A stretch of DNA of 32,000 bases. Origin: Pseudodesulfovibrio piezophilus C1TLV30 (GTDB lineage Bacteria > Desulfobacterota > Desulfovibrionia > Desulfovibrionales > Desulfovibrionaceae). The notes under the pieces are model-generated. The model did not search any database, was not told where the DNA came from, and saw nothing but the letters and a program-made list of their open reading frames with translations. The stretch spans positions 480,001 to 512,000 of the forward strand of contig NC_020409.1 of assembly GCF_000341895.1 (NCBI RefSeq). The letters run 5' to 3'. Positions 7,640 to 17,423 of this stretch are shown piece after piece. A program made the translations under genes and the position numbers. The stretch's first letter is position 1; the number at the start of each line of letters is the position of its first letter.

Positions 7640-8680
7640 GTGGAAAAGTCAGTCGATACGATTCATAGAATCAAAGAGGCAATGGGCGATAATCTTGCGA
7701 TTCTCGGTCATCACTATCAGTCAGATGATGTTGTTGCGCTAACTGACATTAGGGGAGATTCGCTCGAATTATCACGGCGTATCAGTAGTCTCGATGCGGA
7801 GCATATTGTTTTTTGTGGTGTCTATTTTATGGCAGAATCGGCGGCAATTCTTCAGCGTTCCGGGCAGAAAATTTACATTCCGGATATTACTGCAACATGC
7901 CCCATGGCGGATATGGCAGACGCTAAGAGAGTTGAAAAAACGTTGGAGATACTTCAAAGCAATGGGCGAAAGGTTATTCCATTAACCTATGTAAATTCCT
8001 CTGCTGCCGTTAAAGGAGTCGTTGGCCGCTTTGATGGTTCTGTCTGCACCTCCGCCAATGCTGAAAGAATGCTTAAATGGGCCTGTGAACAAGGGGATTC
8101 AGTTCTTTTTCTTCCAGATAAACACCTTGCTCGAAATACGGCCCATGCACTGGGCATTCCTCTCGAGAAGCAACTCGTGCAACCCGAAGGAATAAAAGAA
8201 GGTGTCGTTGATCTTTTTGTCGATTCCAAAGTCGCCGATGACAAGGAACTGATCATTTGGCCCGGATATTGTCCCATTCATGAAGAATTCACTTTAAAGA
8301 GCATTCAGACAATCAGATTGAATGAACCTGATGCGCATATTGTTGTTCATCCGGAGTGTGCCCCGGAAGTTGTTGCTGCATCTGATGGGCATGGGTCGAC
8401 AACTTTTCTGATTAAGTATGCATCTGAAGCGCCTTCAGGATCAACTGTGTACATCGGGACTGAGGAAAACTTGGTGAATCGGTTGGCACAGCAATTTAAA
8501 TCTGAAAAAACAATCAAGCCACTTGCTGTTAGCCGATGCGATGACATGGGGAAAACAACAATTCATAATCTGGCAAATCTATTGGAAAATATTCATGAAA
8601 CAGTTCCAGTGACAGTTGCCGAAGAAATCAGAGAACCAGCTAAATGGGCTTTGGAACGTATGCTTAAAGTATGCGCTTAA
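7640..8680 (+). CDS. nadA: Quinolinate synthase
   Basis: GTG start 5 nt after AGGAG. Motifs are ILGHHYQ, GDSLELSR, YFMAESAAIL, CPMA, YVNSSAAVKG, CTSANA, CPIHEEF, VHPEC and IGTEENLVNRL. Confidence 0.9.
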   Translation: MEKSVDTIHRIKEAMGDNLAILGHHYQSDDVVALTDIRGDSLELSRRISSLDAEHIVFCGVYFMAESAAILQRSGQKIYIPDITATCPMADMADAKRVEKTLEILQSNGRKVIPLTYVNSSAAVKGVVGRFDGSVCTSANAERMLKWACEQGDSVLFLPDKHLARNTAHALGIPLEKQLVQPEGIKEGVVDLFVDSKVADDKELIIWPGYCPIHEEFTLKSIQTIRLNEPDAHIVVHPECAPEVVAASDGHGSTTFLIKYASEAPSGSTVYIGTEENLVNRLAQQFKSEKTIKPLAVSRCDDMGKTTIHNLANLLENIHETVPVTVAEEIREPAKWALERMLKVCA

Positions 8681-8704
8681 TTGTTAGAAGACTGGGTTTA
8701 CCCA

Positions 8705-10294
8705 ATGTACAATTTACGCTTTCATTGTGATGCTCTCATTATAGGATCCGGGATATCCGGAGCGTTAGCTGCTCTGACGTTGGCTGATAAAGGGCTTGAT
8801 GTTATTCTCATCACTGCTGATGAAAATATCGGAGATGGTAACACCGCTCTCGCACAAGGGGGAATTGTCTACCGAAGTGATGAAGATGAACCCAAGTTGC
8901 TTGAAAAGGACATTCTTACGGCAGGTTGGAATCATAATTATATTCGTGCCGTTCGGTATCTTTGTCGGCGCGGTCCAGAAGTCCTTCATGAGATTTTTTT
9001 GGATAAATATAAAATTCCCTTTAACCAACGAGTCCCTGGGGACTGGTACCTAACAAGAGAAGGTGGACACTCTTTAGCGCGTATCCTTTATTGTGATGAC
9101 CATACAGGAAAGAATATCATGGATGTTCTTTCCCGAGAAGTTTTGGAACATTCGAATATCAGAGTTCTTACCAAAAGGACTGCCATTGATTTACTCACAA
9201 CACAGCATCACGCCCACCATCTTGATTTTAACTATAGTCTTTCTAATCAATGCGTTGGAGCGTATGTCTTCAACGAAGCATTGCAATCTGTCGAAACTAT
9301 TCTCTCAAAATATACTCTCCTCGCAACTGGCGGTATTGGGCAGATTTACCTGCATACAACGAACACTATCAGCTCTATAGGTTCGGGACTGGCCATGGCG
9401 CATCGAGCCGGAGCTCGTTTGATGAACTGTGAATATGTACAGTTTCACCCCACAGCTCTTTATGGGGGAGCACAAAAAGGAGACAGGCGCTTCCTTGTTT
9501 CTGAAGCAGTTCGAGGAGAAGGAGCTGTTCTTGTGAATGCTCAAAGGGAGGCCTTTATGCCTCGGTATGATACTCGTGCCGATTTGGCCCCACGAGATAT
9601 TGTAACGCGAGCTATAATGAATGAAATGCTTCATTCTGGTGACGAATGTGTCTATCTTGATGTTGCTCAAGTCAAACATGACGTGAGCAAACGATTCCCA
9701 ACCATATTTGAGAAATGCCGATCTATTGGCATTAATATGCGACGTGATCTTGTTCCAGTCGTTCCTGCTGCACATTATTTTTGTGGAGGTATTCTTGTGG
9801 ATAACCGGGGACGGACCACATTGGACAATCTTTATGCTGCTGGTGAATGCAGTTGTACAGGAATTCACGGGGCGAATCGGCTGGCAAGTACATCTCTTTT
9901 GGAAGGTATGCTTTGGGGATATAGCGCTGGTGAAGATATTGCTAAGAGATTGACAAAAAGTTCAAAACAAAGCCGTAAGCTCAATGACGCAATTCCTGAT
10001 TGGGTACCAGGTGGTGATAAACCAAATGAAGATCCTGCTCTTGTCGCTCAGGATTGGGCTAATATTCGTAACACGATGTGGAATTATGTCGGTGTATCCA
10101 GAACAAAAGCTCGTTTGACTCGTGCCTTTTCTGATTTGAGTAAACTGACTAAAGATCTTCAGGATTTTTATAAAGAGACTGCTCTAAGCAAACCCATCAT
10201 TGACCTCTTTCATGGTTCACAAGCTGCATATATTGTTACACTCTCAGCACTTCGTAATAAAAAGACCAAAGGATGTCATTTCAGAACCGATTAA
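8705..10294 (+). CDS. nadB: L-aspartate oxidase
   Basis: FAD fold DALIIGSGISGALAAL. Other motifs are AQGGI, HPTAL, SEAVRGEGA, HYFCGGI and GANRLASTSLLEG. The ATG at 8705 is preferred over the track's TTG at 8681 because it gives a canonical N-terminal length. The start is not certain. Confidence 0.88.
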   Translation: MYNLRFHCDALIIGSGISGALAALTLADKGLDVILITADENIGDGNTALAQGGIVYRSDEDEPKLLEKDILTAGWNHNYIRAVRYLCRRGPEVLHEIFLDKYKIPFNQRVPGDWYLTREGGHSLARILYCDDHTGKNIMDVLSREVLEHSNIRVLTKRTAIDLLTTQHHAHHLDFNYSLSNQCVGAYVFNEALQSVETILSKYTLLATGGIGQIYLHTTNTISSIGSGLAMAHRAGARLMNCEYVQFHPTALYGGAQKGDRRFLVSEAVRGEGAVLVNAQREAFMPRYDTRADLAPRDIVTRAIMNEMLHSGDECVYLDVAQVKHDVSKRFPTIFEKCRSIGINMRRDLVPVVPAAHYFCGGILVDNRGRTTLDNLYAAGECSCTGIHGANRLASTSLLEGMLWGYSAGEDIAKRLTKSSKQSRKLNDAIPDWVPGGDKPNEDPALVAQDWANIRNTMWNYVGVSRTKARLTRAFSDLSKLTKDLQDFYKETALSKPIIDLFHGSQAAYIVTLSALRNKKTKGCHFRTD

Positions 10295-10326
10295 AATGTT
10301 ATCGATTCATTGGCGAACAAAGTAAG

Positions 10327-10358
10327 AAAAGGGGGAATAATATCCCCCTTTTCGTTTT
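10327..10358 (+). terminator. Intrinsic terminator after nadB (AAAAGGGGGA-loop-TCCCCCTTTT followed by CGTTTTT)
   Basis: GC-rich stem flanked by A and T runs, about 35 bp after the nadB stop. Because of the flanking A-run it may also serve the convergent trkH. Confidence 0.7.
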
Positions 10359-10471
10359 TATAACAAATAGTTATTTAAAAAAAAGATTTACTCTAGATGA
10401 ATACTAAAAAGTTTTCAGTGTAAAAGTACATTCCTGAGAAATTCAATTCTTCAACTTCTGCATGAGATAAT

Positions 10472-11935
10472 TTATTTACGCCAAAATTCAGGAACAAATA
10501 AAATCACCACAGTGTATATTTCTAAACGACCAAGAACCATGCAAAAGGTCAACACCCATTTTGCCGTATCCGGAAGCCATGCAAAATTTTCAGTTGGCCC
10601 TACCCCTCCTATTCCGGGGCCGATATTGCCGATACAAGCCAATGAAGCCGCAAAGGAAGTAACGACGTCAACCCCAGTCCCAGCTATTATAAATGCTGCA
10701 AGAAAAAATAAACCTATCCAGAGAATAAAGAAGCCCCAAACTCCACTGAGAACATCATCTTGCACTACTGTTTGCCCAAGCTTTACTCGATTGACTGAAC
10801 GAGGATGAATTAAACGAAAGAGTTCTTTGTATGAATGCTTTATCAATAACATGATGCGCATGACTTTCATACCTCCGCCGGTTGATCCTGCACAGCCTCC
10901 GACAAACATACAAAAAAGCAATATAGCTTGGGTAATGCCTGGCCAGAGTTCATAATCGGCCGTGGCAAAGCCGGTTGTGGTCAGGATAGATGCCACTTGG
11001 AAAGAGGTGTATCTTATAGAGTCCGATACAGTCTCATAATTCCCTGCGGAATAACATGCAACGGCAACAACTCCGGTAAAAAGAATAACCATGCACGAAA
11101 ATACCCTAAACTCAGGGTCTTTGAGCATAGACATTGGACGCCATTTCATAAGCATGTAGTGGAGAGTAAAATTGATACCGGCAATAAACATGAAAATTGT
11201 TATGACATAATCAATATAGGCACTATTAAAAGCTGCTACTGAAGTGTTCTTTGTAGAAAAACCCCCAGTTGCCATGGTTCCAAAAGTGTGACAGAGAGCG
11301 TCAAAGAAATCCATGCCACCGAACATCAATAATACAGTCTCAACGACACTAAAGAATACATAGACTTTCCAGAGGGTAACCGCAGTGTCCTTAATGCGAG
11401 GCTTGAGCTTGTCAGGAACTGGTCCTGGCACTTCTGCTTTATACAATTGCATTCCACCAACACCAAGAAATGGTAGAATAGCAAGTGAAAGAACTATGAT
11501 ACCCATACCCCCGAGCCAATGGGTGAGACTCCGCCAAAAAAGAATTCCTCTTGGAATAGCCTCAATATCCGTGAGAACTGACGAACCAGTTGTACTGAAG
11601 CCTGATAATGATTCAAATATACAATCAACGATCGAATGGAAAGTACCACTGAGATAGAAAGGCAGTCCTCCAAAGGCTCCAGCAACAAACCACCCTAGGG
11701 CGACAATAGCCATCCCTTCTCGATGCGTCATGACAGAAGAGGCTTTTGATGCCTCTGGGTCGCGAAATATGGCAAAGAGAATAACTCCACAGAGAAGAGT
11801 GATCGCCATAGATTCTGCGAGTGGGCCAGCTGTACCATCTGCATAATAGAGTCCCCACAGGAGGGGGAAAAACATCGTCATGCCGATGCAAGCCACCAAT
11901 GCGCCGATAATATGCAGGACGTATCTCCAGCGCAT
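10472..11935 (-). CDS. trkH: Trk-type potassium uptake membrane subunit
   Basis: Polytopic protein with four selectivity-filter-like repeats (GFSTTGSS, TMATGGFS, LTTTGFAT, GSTGGGMK). Its ATG directly abuts the trkA stop. Confidence 0.88.
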   Translation of the reverse strand: MRWRYVLHIIGALVACIGMTMFFPLLWGLYYADGTAGPLAESMAITLLCGVILFAIFRDPEASKASSVMTHREGMAIVALGWFVAGAFGGLPFYLSGTFHSIVDCIFESLSGFSTTGSSVLTDIEAIPRGILFWRSLTHWLGGMGIIVLSLAILPFLGVGGMQLYKAEVPGPVPDKLKPRIKDTAVTLWKVYVFFSVVETVLLMFGGMDFFDALCHTFGTMATGGFSTKNTSVAAFNSAYIDYVITIFMFIAGINFTLHYMLMKWRPMSMLKDPEFRVFSCMVILFTGVVAVACYSAGNYETVSDSIRYTSFQVASILTTTGFATADYELWPGITQAILLFCMFVGGCAGSTGGGMKVMRIMLLIKHSYKELFRLIHPRSVNRVKLGQTVVQDDVLSGVWGFFILWIGLFFLAAFIIAGTGVDVVTSFAASLACIGNIGPGIGGVGPTENFAWLPDTAKWVLTFCMVLGRLEIYTVVILFVPEFWRK

Positions 11936-13306
11936 TTAGAAAAACTCCACTTTCGTGGTTAAGACTTTTTCAACTTTTGGAATATTTTTTCTCGTCGAAA
12001 TAATAATCAAAAGATCCTTCGGTTGAATAATCGTATCTCCTCGAGGTATGAGAACTTCGTCTTGACGCTGAAAGCACAGAATAAGACACCCTCGCGGGAA
12101 ATTGATATCCTTAACCGCTTTACCGACAATTGGTGATCCCTCATAAGCATAGGCCTCAAGAGCTTCCGCCTCTTCACCTCGAATATTGACAGAAGATATA
12201 ATTCTTCCTCTCCGGATAAAATGAAGAAGAGAATTGATCGCAGATTGCCGAGGGCAGACAACATAATCAATGCCAATAGGTTCGATAAGGGGCATGTACC
12301 CAAAATTATTGACCCGTGTGATGGTTCTTTTGGCTCCAAGGCTTTTTGCTAAAAGACAAGTCAGAATGTTAGTCTCTTCATCTCCGGTTACAGCGATAAC
12401 CATGTCCATATCCTGAATATTTTCTTCTCGTAAAATTTCTTGATCCGTAGAATCTCCCATAAGGACAATTGGACGATTGAGCCTTTCTGATAAAAAATTG
12501 CACCGTTTTTGACGATTCTCCAAAATCCGTGTGTGATAAAATTTGTTATCGAGAGCTTTTGCCAATTTATAGCCAATATTCCCACCACCAATGATCATAA
12601 CTTCCCGAACAGGTTCGACACATATTCCTATTCGCTCGAGGATTTCTTCTTGATCAAGAATATCACACACAAAGTAGACAATATCACCTTTTCGAATTTC
12701 ATCTAGACCACTTGGTATTATCAATTCGTCATCACGAACAAGGGCTGCAATCACCACTCCGAGGTCATCACCTATTCTCTCTCTCAAATTAAGCAGTTTC
12801 GCTCCCAAGATAGGACTCTCATCAGGAAGATTGATCCCAATTAGCCGGATTTTACCTCCTGCGAATTCGTTGATTTCAACCGCACCAGGAACGCTCATCA
12901 AACGAAGAACCGAATTAACAACCTCTTCATCAGGATTAATGATTTTGGTGATTCCAGCCCCTTCAGCCATGAGGAGATGTTTGTAATTTGTATACATTCC
13001 CCCACGAATTCTGGCGAGCTTCGTAACCTTTTCACCACCCAGCATATTGGCAAAAAAACATGCAATGAGATTGATCTCATCACTATCTGTAACAGCAAGA
13101 AATATATCAGCCTGAGCAATGCCGGCTTCTTCAAGAATAGCGGGACTACTACCAGATCCTCGGATAGTCTGCACATCAGAGGCTTCAGCCAATTTTCTTA
13201 GAGCTTCTGTACTCTTATCAATGACGACCACTTCCTTGTGTTCAACAGCAAGTCGTTGCGCGATATGGTAGCCTACTTCACCAGCCCCAATGATAATAAT
13301 CCTCAA
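11936..13306 (-). CDS. trkA: Trk system NAD-binding peripheral subunit
   Basis: Two RCK_N Rossmann motifs (IIIIGAGEVGY and VMIIGGGNIGY), each followed by an RCK_C-like domain. I place the start at the TTG at 13306, which lies 7 nt downstream of AAGGAG. The track start at 13336 adds 10 residues with no SD. Confidence 0.88.
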   Translation of the reverse strand: MRIIIIGAGEVGYHIAQRLAVEHKEVVVIDKSTEALRKLAEASDVQTIRGSGSSPAILEEAGIAQADIFLAVTDSDEINLIACFFANMLGGEKVTKLARIRGGMYTNYKHLLMAEGAGITKIINPDEEVVNSVLRLMSVPGAVEINEFAGGKIRLIGINLPDESPILGAKLLNLRERIGDDLGVVIAALVRDDELIIPSGLDEIRKGDIVYFVCDILDQEEILERIGICVEPVREVMIIGGGNIGYKLAKALDNKFYHTRILENRQKRCNFLSERLNRPIVLMGDSTDQEILREENIQDMDMVIAVTGDEETNILTCLLAKSLGAKRTITRVNNFGYMPLIEPIGIDYVVCPRQSAINSLLHFIRRGRIISSVNIRGEEAEALEAYAYEGSPIVGKAVKDINFPRGCLILCFQRQDEVLIPRGDTIIQPKDLLIIISTRKNIPKVEKVLTTKVEFF

Positions 13307-13409
13307 TTCTCTTCTCCTTGAAACAAGAATACACAACCCACCAACTAGTACCTATCTTTCACAGTCTGCGCAACAAGAGGCATCTCTGTCTCCTTTGATT
13401 TTAATGGGC

Positions 13410-13442
13410 AAAAAATGAGGGCGCCCCTCTCTTGGAGCGCCC
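13410..13442 (-). terminator. Probable intrinsic terminator ending the minus-strand redox operon
   Basis: On the minus strand, a GGGCGC / GCGCCC stem with a 12-nt loop is followed by TCATTTTTTG, about 30 bp after the stop at 13471. The stem is short, so confidence is moderate. Confidence 0.5.
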
Positions 13443-13470
13443 CATATACCGAAATCTCAAAGTTGTTTTT

Positions 13471-14130
13471 TTAAAGCAATGCAGCTTTGACACCATCAAT
13501 CCCAATTTTTTTGAGCAACATTGACGATCGATTGCGTTTGGTTGAATTATCACGATAGTAAATGAGAAATCGATTTACAAGCTCAAGCGCATCCGAGCGA
13601 GAGAGATCCTCTGCCAGAATATCACCAATTCGAGGGCGGCCTGAGGCATTGCCTCCAATGACCATTGTCCATCCTTTTTTCTTCCCAATCAGTCCAATAT
13701 CCCGAACGTAGCTTTCCGCACAGCACATGGTACACCCAGAGACTCCAACTTTTAGTTTGGCCGGAAGTTCCATGCCGACAAACATTTTCTCCAATTCGAG
13801 GCCAAAGCCAAGAGAGTCTTGGAGGCCGAACTTGCACACTTCAGTTCCTGGACAGGCTTGCACATAATGAACACATAATCCAACAGCTGGACCAATATCC
13901 ATTTTTAGCTCGTTCCAAACTTCTTCCACCTGGTGTTCCTCGAGGCCTACGAGTGCGATTCTCTGACCTGAAGTTATCTTCATGATCGGCACTTCAAACT
14001 TACGACCAACCCGCGCCAAGGCTTCAAGTATCTCTGGTGAGACAAGTCCGACGGGAGTGCGAGGAACAATCGCATAGGTTTTCTTGTCGCGTTGCAGGAT
14101 AGCGCCTTGAGGCGTATCATTTTTTTGCAT
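13471..14130 (-). CDS. Small nitrite/sulfite reductase-like siroheme-[4Fe-4S] protein, paralog 2 (low-molecular-weight assimilatory-type SiR-like)
   Basis: About 219 aa with both cluster/siroheme Cys motifs: CPGTEVC (C-X5-C) and GCTMCC (C-X3-C) in GVSGCTMCCAESYVRDIGLIGKKKGWT. I place the start at the ATG at 14130, preceded by GGAG. The longer track start overlaps the upstream gene. Confidence 0.75.
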   Translation of the reverse strand: MQKNDTPQGAILQRDKKTYAIVPRTPVGLVSPEILEALARVGRKFEVPIMKITSGQRIALVGLEEHQVEEVWNELKMDIGPAVGLCVHYVQACPGTEVCKFGLQDSLGFGLELEKMFVGMELPAKLKVGVSGCTMCCAESYVRDIGLIGKKKGWTMVIGGNASGRPRIGDILAEDLSRSDALELVNRFLIYYRDNSTKRNRSSMLLKKIGIDGVKAALL

Positions 14131-14155
14131 AGTAAAACTCCTGAAATAATTGAGA

Positions 14156-14821
14156 TCAGGAAGAAAAGACAGCATCCCTGATCGCTTCTAAGCCAACTCG
14201 TTCGACAAATCGCGCCGTGCGCTCTCTTTTTTTTGTTTTTTCACAATAAAAATCAAGAGTTTTACAAATAACTTCAAAGGCTCTTTCTTCGCCAACATCT
14301 TCAATTAAGATATCCCCGATACGAACTCTTTTTCCAGCATTTCCACCAAAGAGAATTGTCCATCCTTTTTTCTTTCCCACAAGCCCGAGGTCACGAACGT
14401 AACTTTCAGAACATGACATGGAGCAACCAGAAACTCCTGCTTTGAATTTCCAAGGCAACTCTATTGTATTTAAAAGTTTTTCGAGTTTGTCAGCCATACT
14501 CATGGAATCCTGCATACCAAGTCTACATGTGGTTTTGCCGGGGCAAGTCTGGACATAGCATTTACTAAATTCTCCAATAGGCCCAAGGCGTTCGATAACT
14601 TCGTCGACACAGCCTTCAGGTATCCCTTGAATTTTAAGTTTTTGCCCAGCTGTTAGTCGCACACTTGGCAAGTTGTATTCTTGCACGACTGTATTAATGA
14701 TATTCAAGTATTCAGCTGAAATCTGACCGAGTGGTGTACGGGGAGAAAATGAATACAGTCCGTTCTCTCTTTGAGCTAAAACGCCTTTGGGGAGTGCTTT
14801 TTTGGGAGGAAGTTTTTCCAT
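14156..14821 (-). CDS. Small nitrite/sulfite reductase-like siroheme-[4Fe-4S] protein, paralog 1
   Basis: About 221 aa, with CPGKTTC (C-X5-C) and GVSGCSMSCSESYVRDLGLVGKKKGWT (C-X3-C). It aligns end to end with the downstream paralog. I place the start at the ATG at 14821, preceded by AAGGAAACC. Confidence 0.75.
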   Translation of the reverse strand: MEKLPPKKALPKGVLAQRENGLYSFSPRTPLGQISAEYLNIINTVVQEYNLPSVRLTAGQKLKIQGIPEGCVDEVIERLGPIGEFSKCYVQTCPGKTTCRLGMQDSMSMADKLEKLLNTIELPWKFKAGVSGCSMSCSESYVRDLGLVGKKKGWTILFGGNAGKRVRIGDILIEDVGEERAFEVICKTLDFYCEKTKKRERTARFVERVGLEAIRDAVFSS

Positions 14822-14849
14822 GGTTTCCTTTCCTATGATTATAAACGAA

Positions 14850-14887
14850 GTGTCCCAACTTGTTGAGTTCGCTACAAGTTGGGACAC
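14850..14887 (-). promoter_or_regulatory. Intercistronic stem-loop (14-bp perfect stem, 10-nt loop) between the cupin gene and the SiR-like genes
   Basis: GTGTCCCAACTTGT (14850-14863) pairs perfectly with ACAAGTTGGGACAC (14874-14887). In the mRNA sense it is followed by TTCGTTTAT, which is only weakly U-rich. Confidence 0.5.
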
Positions 14888-14910
14888 AGGTGGTAGTGAC
14901 TCTATTCAGT

Positions 14911-15228
14911 TTAAATTGGAGGTGTGATCATTACCAGTACACGCAAGTCTGTCTTTGCCTTGACGCCATGGGGTTCTGATATCTCTGAAATAAGCACATC
15001 TCCTACATGAGCCGGCATACTTGCTCCATCGGCAGCCAAGAATTCACCTTCTCCTTCGAGGATGGTCAATGTCAACTCCCCTTCAAGGTCATGAGAATGC
15101 ACAGGTAACGTTTGACCAGCTTTGAAGTTGAAATTAATCACCTTCATATATTCAGATTCATGTACAAGGTAATTGGAAAAATTTGAGTCCTTAAATCCAT
15201 GCTTTTCAAACAATTCGATTTTCTTCAT
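14911..15228 (-). CDS. Cupin-domain protein (about 105 aa)
   Basis: Cupin motifs are GQTLPVHSHDLEGE and SEPHGVKA. The start ATG at 15228 lies 10 nt after the upstream stop, with GGAG in between. Confidence 0.7.
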   Translation of the reverse strand: MKKIELFEKHGFKDSNFSNYLVHESEYMKVINFNFKAGQTLPVHSHDLEGELTLTILEGEGEFLAADGASMPAHVGDVLISEISEPHGVKAKTDLRVLVMITPPI

Positions 15229-15238
15229 CGTAGGCTCC

Positions 15239-16030
15239 TTAAATTTCAACCTTCACAGGGGTTGTTTCCAAAATCTTACCGTCGCGAGAGATAATGATAC
15301 GAGTTGTTTTTACTGCAACTCCTACCCTTTTAATTGCTTCTGTAAGAATTATACTCATTGACGAACAACAGGGAACTTCCATTTCCATTATGGTAATAGA
15401 ATTCAGTCTGTTTTCTCTAATAATAGCTGCTAATTTTTCAATATATTCATTTTTATTATCAAACTTCGGGCATCCCATGAGAACGACTTTACCTGGCAAG
15501 AAACTGCTATGGTACCCTGGAAATGCAACAGGAACGCAGTCAGCTGTCAGCAACAGATCTGCCTCCCGGAGGAAAGGGGCGGTGGGGGGAACCAACCTAA
15601 GTTGTACAGGCCAATGGGATAAAGCAGATGGTGTGCTTGGTGAGGACGTAGGAATATTGGCTTGACCGCATGGTGTCATCGTGTGCAGAGCGGCACCCGG
15701 ACATCCCTGTCTCGGCTGAGGAGTTGGATGGTTTTCAATTCGCAGGCTCTGTGGGGTTGGCATGTGCTCTGGTATACTTCTTCCTTGTGATTTCAGCAGG
15801 TCAGATACCGCGTGAGGGTCAAAATCATCTGCTTCCCTGACGACGACCTTAAGCGCACCTGTGGGACATTCACCAAGACAAGCTCCAAGGCCATCACAAT
15901 AGACGTCACTCACTAATCGAGCCTTACCATCAATTATGGCCAAGGCCCCTTCTGCACAAGAAGGCACACACTCTCCACAGCCATTGCATAAGTTCTCATC
16001 AATACTAATCATTTTCCGTATAATAGTCAT
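15239..16030 (-). CDS. 4Fe-4S dicluster-domain protein with a Cys-rich C-terminal domain of unknown function
   Basis: The N-terminus reads CNGCGECVPSC ... CDGLGACLGECP. The C-terminal half reads HWPVQLRLVPP, LLLTADCVPVAF, GCPKFDN and MEVPCCSSM. No signal peptide. SD is GAGGTGG. Confidence 0.7.
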   Translation of the reverse strand: MTIIRKMISIDENLCNGCGECVPSCAEGALAIIDGKARLVSDVYCDGLGACLGECPTGALKVVVREADDFDPHAVSDLLKSQGRSIPEHMPTPQSLRIENHPTPQPRQGCPGAALHTMTPCGQANIPTSSPSTPSALSHWPVQLRLVPPTAPFLREADLLLTADCVPVAFPGYHSSFLPGKVVLMGCPKFDNKNEYIEKLAAIIRENRLNSITIMEMEVPCCSSMSIILTEAIKRVGVAVKTTRIIISRDGKILETTPVKVEI

Positions 16031-16056
16031 AATACCACCTCATCTTATTTATAAAT

Positions 16057-17373
16057 TTAGATTCTTGCTACGCCTAAAAAAATGGCATGTAAGCTGACAA
16101 CCAAAACTATGAAAATTTCTCTCGCTTTTTTTTCAGATAAAAAAGGCAACCGATATCCTATATGCCCATGCTTGCATGCAGAGACGCAATCACCGCATAA
16201 AGTACATGAATATCCTGGTTTCCGTAACTCTATCTGAACCTTGTCCAATGCATTGTAACGACATTTTTTGATACATGCCCCACACCCTGTACACTGAGGA
16301 GATATTCGAAGACGCCATAGTGATATTTTGCCAAGAATGACTGCAATCAGTCCCATTGGGCAATATGCCGTACAATGAGTCATCATGCCTACTCGCCTTG
16401 AAATGAAGAGCATAAGACAAATTCCAAGTCCTCCGAAAGCCGCTGCATATATAAGCATATTTAAAACGGGAATACCTTTTGATCGACACAGAATAGCACC
16501 TCCTATCGAGAGTGTTAGGGTTACCAAACGCCCAATGATACTAAGCTGTTTCAACCCCCTTCTCGCCTGGGGGCGAGGACCAAAACGACTCATACGATCA
16601 TCCCAGGCACCTATGTAACAAAGATGACTGCACCAAGCCGGTCCTACCAATAAAAGAGTCACTATAAAGAGAATGATCATAAAATAGCCTTCACCTCGAT
16701 AAAGGGGGCCAGAGACAATTAATGCTGGTACAGGGAGATGAAGAACTCCAGTCATAAGCATCTGATCAAAACCCAAAATGCCAAGGAAAAATTGTGCAAA
16801 AAAGATAACTGAAAAGAGGCCCCATATACGAGGACGATAAAAAATATGTTTTTCAGGTGATATAAGCGCACTACTCAATGCTTGTGCGTAGTATCCAAGA
16901 AGCATGACTTCCACCCACCCCCACCCTGGAAGGTATCGGTCAATAAGGAGGATCGGAAAGGGTGCCATGGACTTCGCAAGGACAAGACCTGAGATTGTAA
17001 GAAAAAAAGAGGCAAAACGAATGTGTTCAGTTTGTTTGGATTGAGAAAAAAATCTTTGACTTTCCTCACTGTTTAACACCCACAGAGCAATACTGTTTAC
17101 AATGAGAATAGAGCCCATAATACAAGTGAGTCTGACCCAAGGCATATGAAAAGCTTGTCTGAAAAGAATATAATCAATTGTCGTCTGAGCCCAAAAAACA
17201 CCACCATAGACAAGTACCGCAATACAGACCAATCGGACCCATGAGTTTCGTGTGCCCAATATGCATACGAGCATCACAAGAGCTATGAACTGACCAAAAT
17301 CAGCTTGCCGTAGCGCGTGGGCAGCTAAAAGTAAAAGCGCGAGTATCGGTATGGCCAAATAGGATCTTCTCAT
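16057..17373 (-). CDS. Integral-membrane polyferredoxin of the NapH/NosR/CcoG-like type
   Basis: Many TM segments. Two membrane-proximal CX3C(P/Y) motifs (WCSHLCYIG and HCTAYCPMG). The C-terminus carries two ferredoxin motifs, CTGCGACIKKC and CTLCGDCVSAC. I place the start at the ATG at 17373 (MRRSYLAIP...). Confidence 0.7.
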   Translation of the reverse strand: MRRSYLAIPILALLLLAAHALRQADFGQFIALVMLVCILGTRNSWVRLVCIAVLVYGGVFWAQTTIDYILFRQAFHMPWVRLTCIMGSILIVNSIALWVLNSEESQRFFSQSKQTEHIRFASFFLTISGLVLAKSMAPFPILLIDRYLPGWGWVEVMLLGYYAQALSSALISPEKHIFYRPRIWGLFSVIFFAQFFLGILGFDQMLMTGVLHLPVPALIVSGPLYRGEGYFMIILFIVTLLLVGPAWCSHLCYIGAWDDRMSRFGPRPQARRGLKQLSIIGRLVTLTLSIGGAILCRSKGIPVLNMLIYAAAFGGLGICLMLFISRRVGMMTHCTAYCPMGLIAVILGKISLWRLRISPQCTGCGACIKKCRYNALDKVQIELRKPGYSCTLCGDCVSACKHGHIGYRLPFLSEKKAREIFIVLVVSLHAIFLGVARI

Positions 17374-17423
17374 GGTTGTCTCTCTTTCTGTCAGAATGAT
17401 GAACATTTTTTTTGACGAGAGCC

